A stretch of DNA of 23,781 nucleotides from the IMG/VR virus record IMGVR_UViG_2716884425_000003, positions 112,768 to 136,548 of that record; one strand, 5' to 3'. The translations under genes were made by a program, and so were the position numbers. Shown piece by piece: positions 23,208 through 23,781 of this stretch (position 1 is the first letter of the stretch; each line of letters opens with the position of its first letter). Source of the stretch: a virus. The notes under the pieces are model-generated. The model saw nothing but the letters and a program-made list of their open reading frames with translations, was not told where the DNA came from and made no database searches.

Positions 23208-23781
23208 CAAATAGCCTTTTTTCTGTACAATAATAGCATTTAAGTAGCTCTTTGTCAATATCCAATAGCTTTCTGATATAATCTATTTTCATATTTTGTA
23301 GTTTATCAAATTGAACTTTGGACAAGTCTGCGGAGCATCTGCTACCCGCCATGACTCCCGAATAAAATATATAACGTTCCTCCTCAGTGAATTTATAGCC
23401 CTCTGGGTAAAGATACTTACAAATCCATAAAAATAAATTACGCCTCCACCTACTCATTTTTTTACCCGACCCCATAGTGTAGCCTATAACGAAAGCTTCA
23501 TCCTTTGGTAGTAAACCCCTACCCAAAAGAACGTGTATGCAGTCGTGGGAAAATAAATCTACCGCACCAGTGAAGAGTTTAGAGGTAAAATATTTAGGAT
23601 TTTCAGTTAGCTTAATTATTAATGGTACATCCTGTTGGGCGAGCTTAAACTCTTTCATTCCGTCAAGAACGGTTTTAAGGTTATTTGAGCCCTTAGATAA
23701 GGGATGATGCCAATTAGCCGCCAACTCCGCTTGCCGCTCAGTCTCTTCTTTTAAGAACATTTTGCTTTCGTAAGGAGTCAT
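23182..23781 (-). CDS. Coq4-like HDxxH metalloprotein (start may lie beyond window edge)
   Basis: HDCIHVLLGRGLLPKDEAFVIGYTMG matches the HDxxH-x11-E Coq4-type metal motif. Confidence 0.6.
   Translation of the reverse strand: MTPYESKMFLKEETERQAELAANWHHPLSKGSNNLKTVLDGMKEFKLAQQDVPLIIKLTENPKYFTSKLFTGAVDLFSHDCIHVLLGRGLLPKDEAFVIGYTMGSGKKMSRWRRNLFLWICKYLYPEGYKFTEEERYIFYSGVMAGSRCSADLSKVQFDKLQNMKIDYIRKLLDIDKELLKCYYCTEKRLFDGKESQRL

Noticed and set aside
1-23781. CRISPR array, tRNA, rRNA, IS/intron/intein, stop-codon reassignment
   Set aside because: No regularly spaced repeats, cloverleafs or mobile-element motifs seen; known genes are full length in the standard code and all three stop codons are used

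Overview
Segment of a large dsDNA bacteriophage genome (jumbo/T4-superfamily-like gene content). It is almost entirely encoded on the - strand, with one short + strand island at 11216-12497. The left ~10.6 kb holds rIIA, the UV-damage endonuclease UvsE, an ATP-dependent DNA ligase and an HhH DNA glycosylase among many tiny hypothetical genes, several too short for the ORF track. The right part holds a holin-like/u-spanin-like pair and a metabolic operon of an HPPD-like single-domain dioxygenase, an aldehyde dehydrogenase and a lysine-6-/saccharopine dehydrogenase. It also encodes a phage sigma-70 factor, two nucleotidyltransferases, GMP reductase, ThyX and a Coq4-like protein. Non-coding structure read directly from the sequence: (i) eight sigma-70-type promoters with exact 17-nt spacers, most placed for leaderless mRNAs, two with the upstream stop codon inside the -35 box; (ii) a recurrent TTAATTAA-containing stop-to-start element; (iii) a hairpin after rIIA whose loop is the exact complement of the rIIA translation start region; (iv) a homopolymer frameshift splitting a small membrane-protein gene. 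All family calls come from motif recognition by eye; no database search was run.
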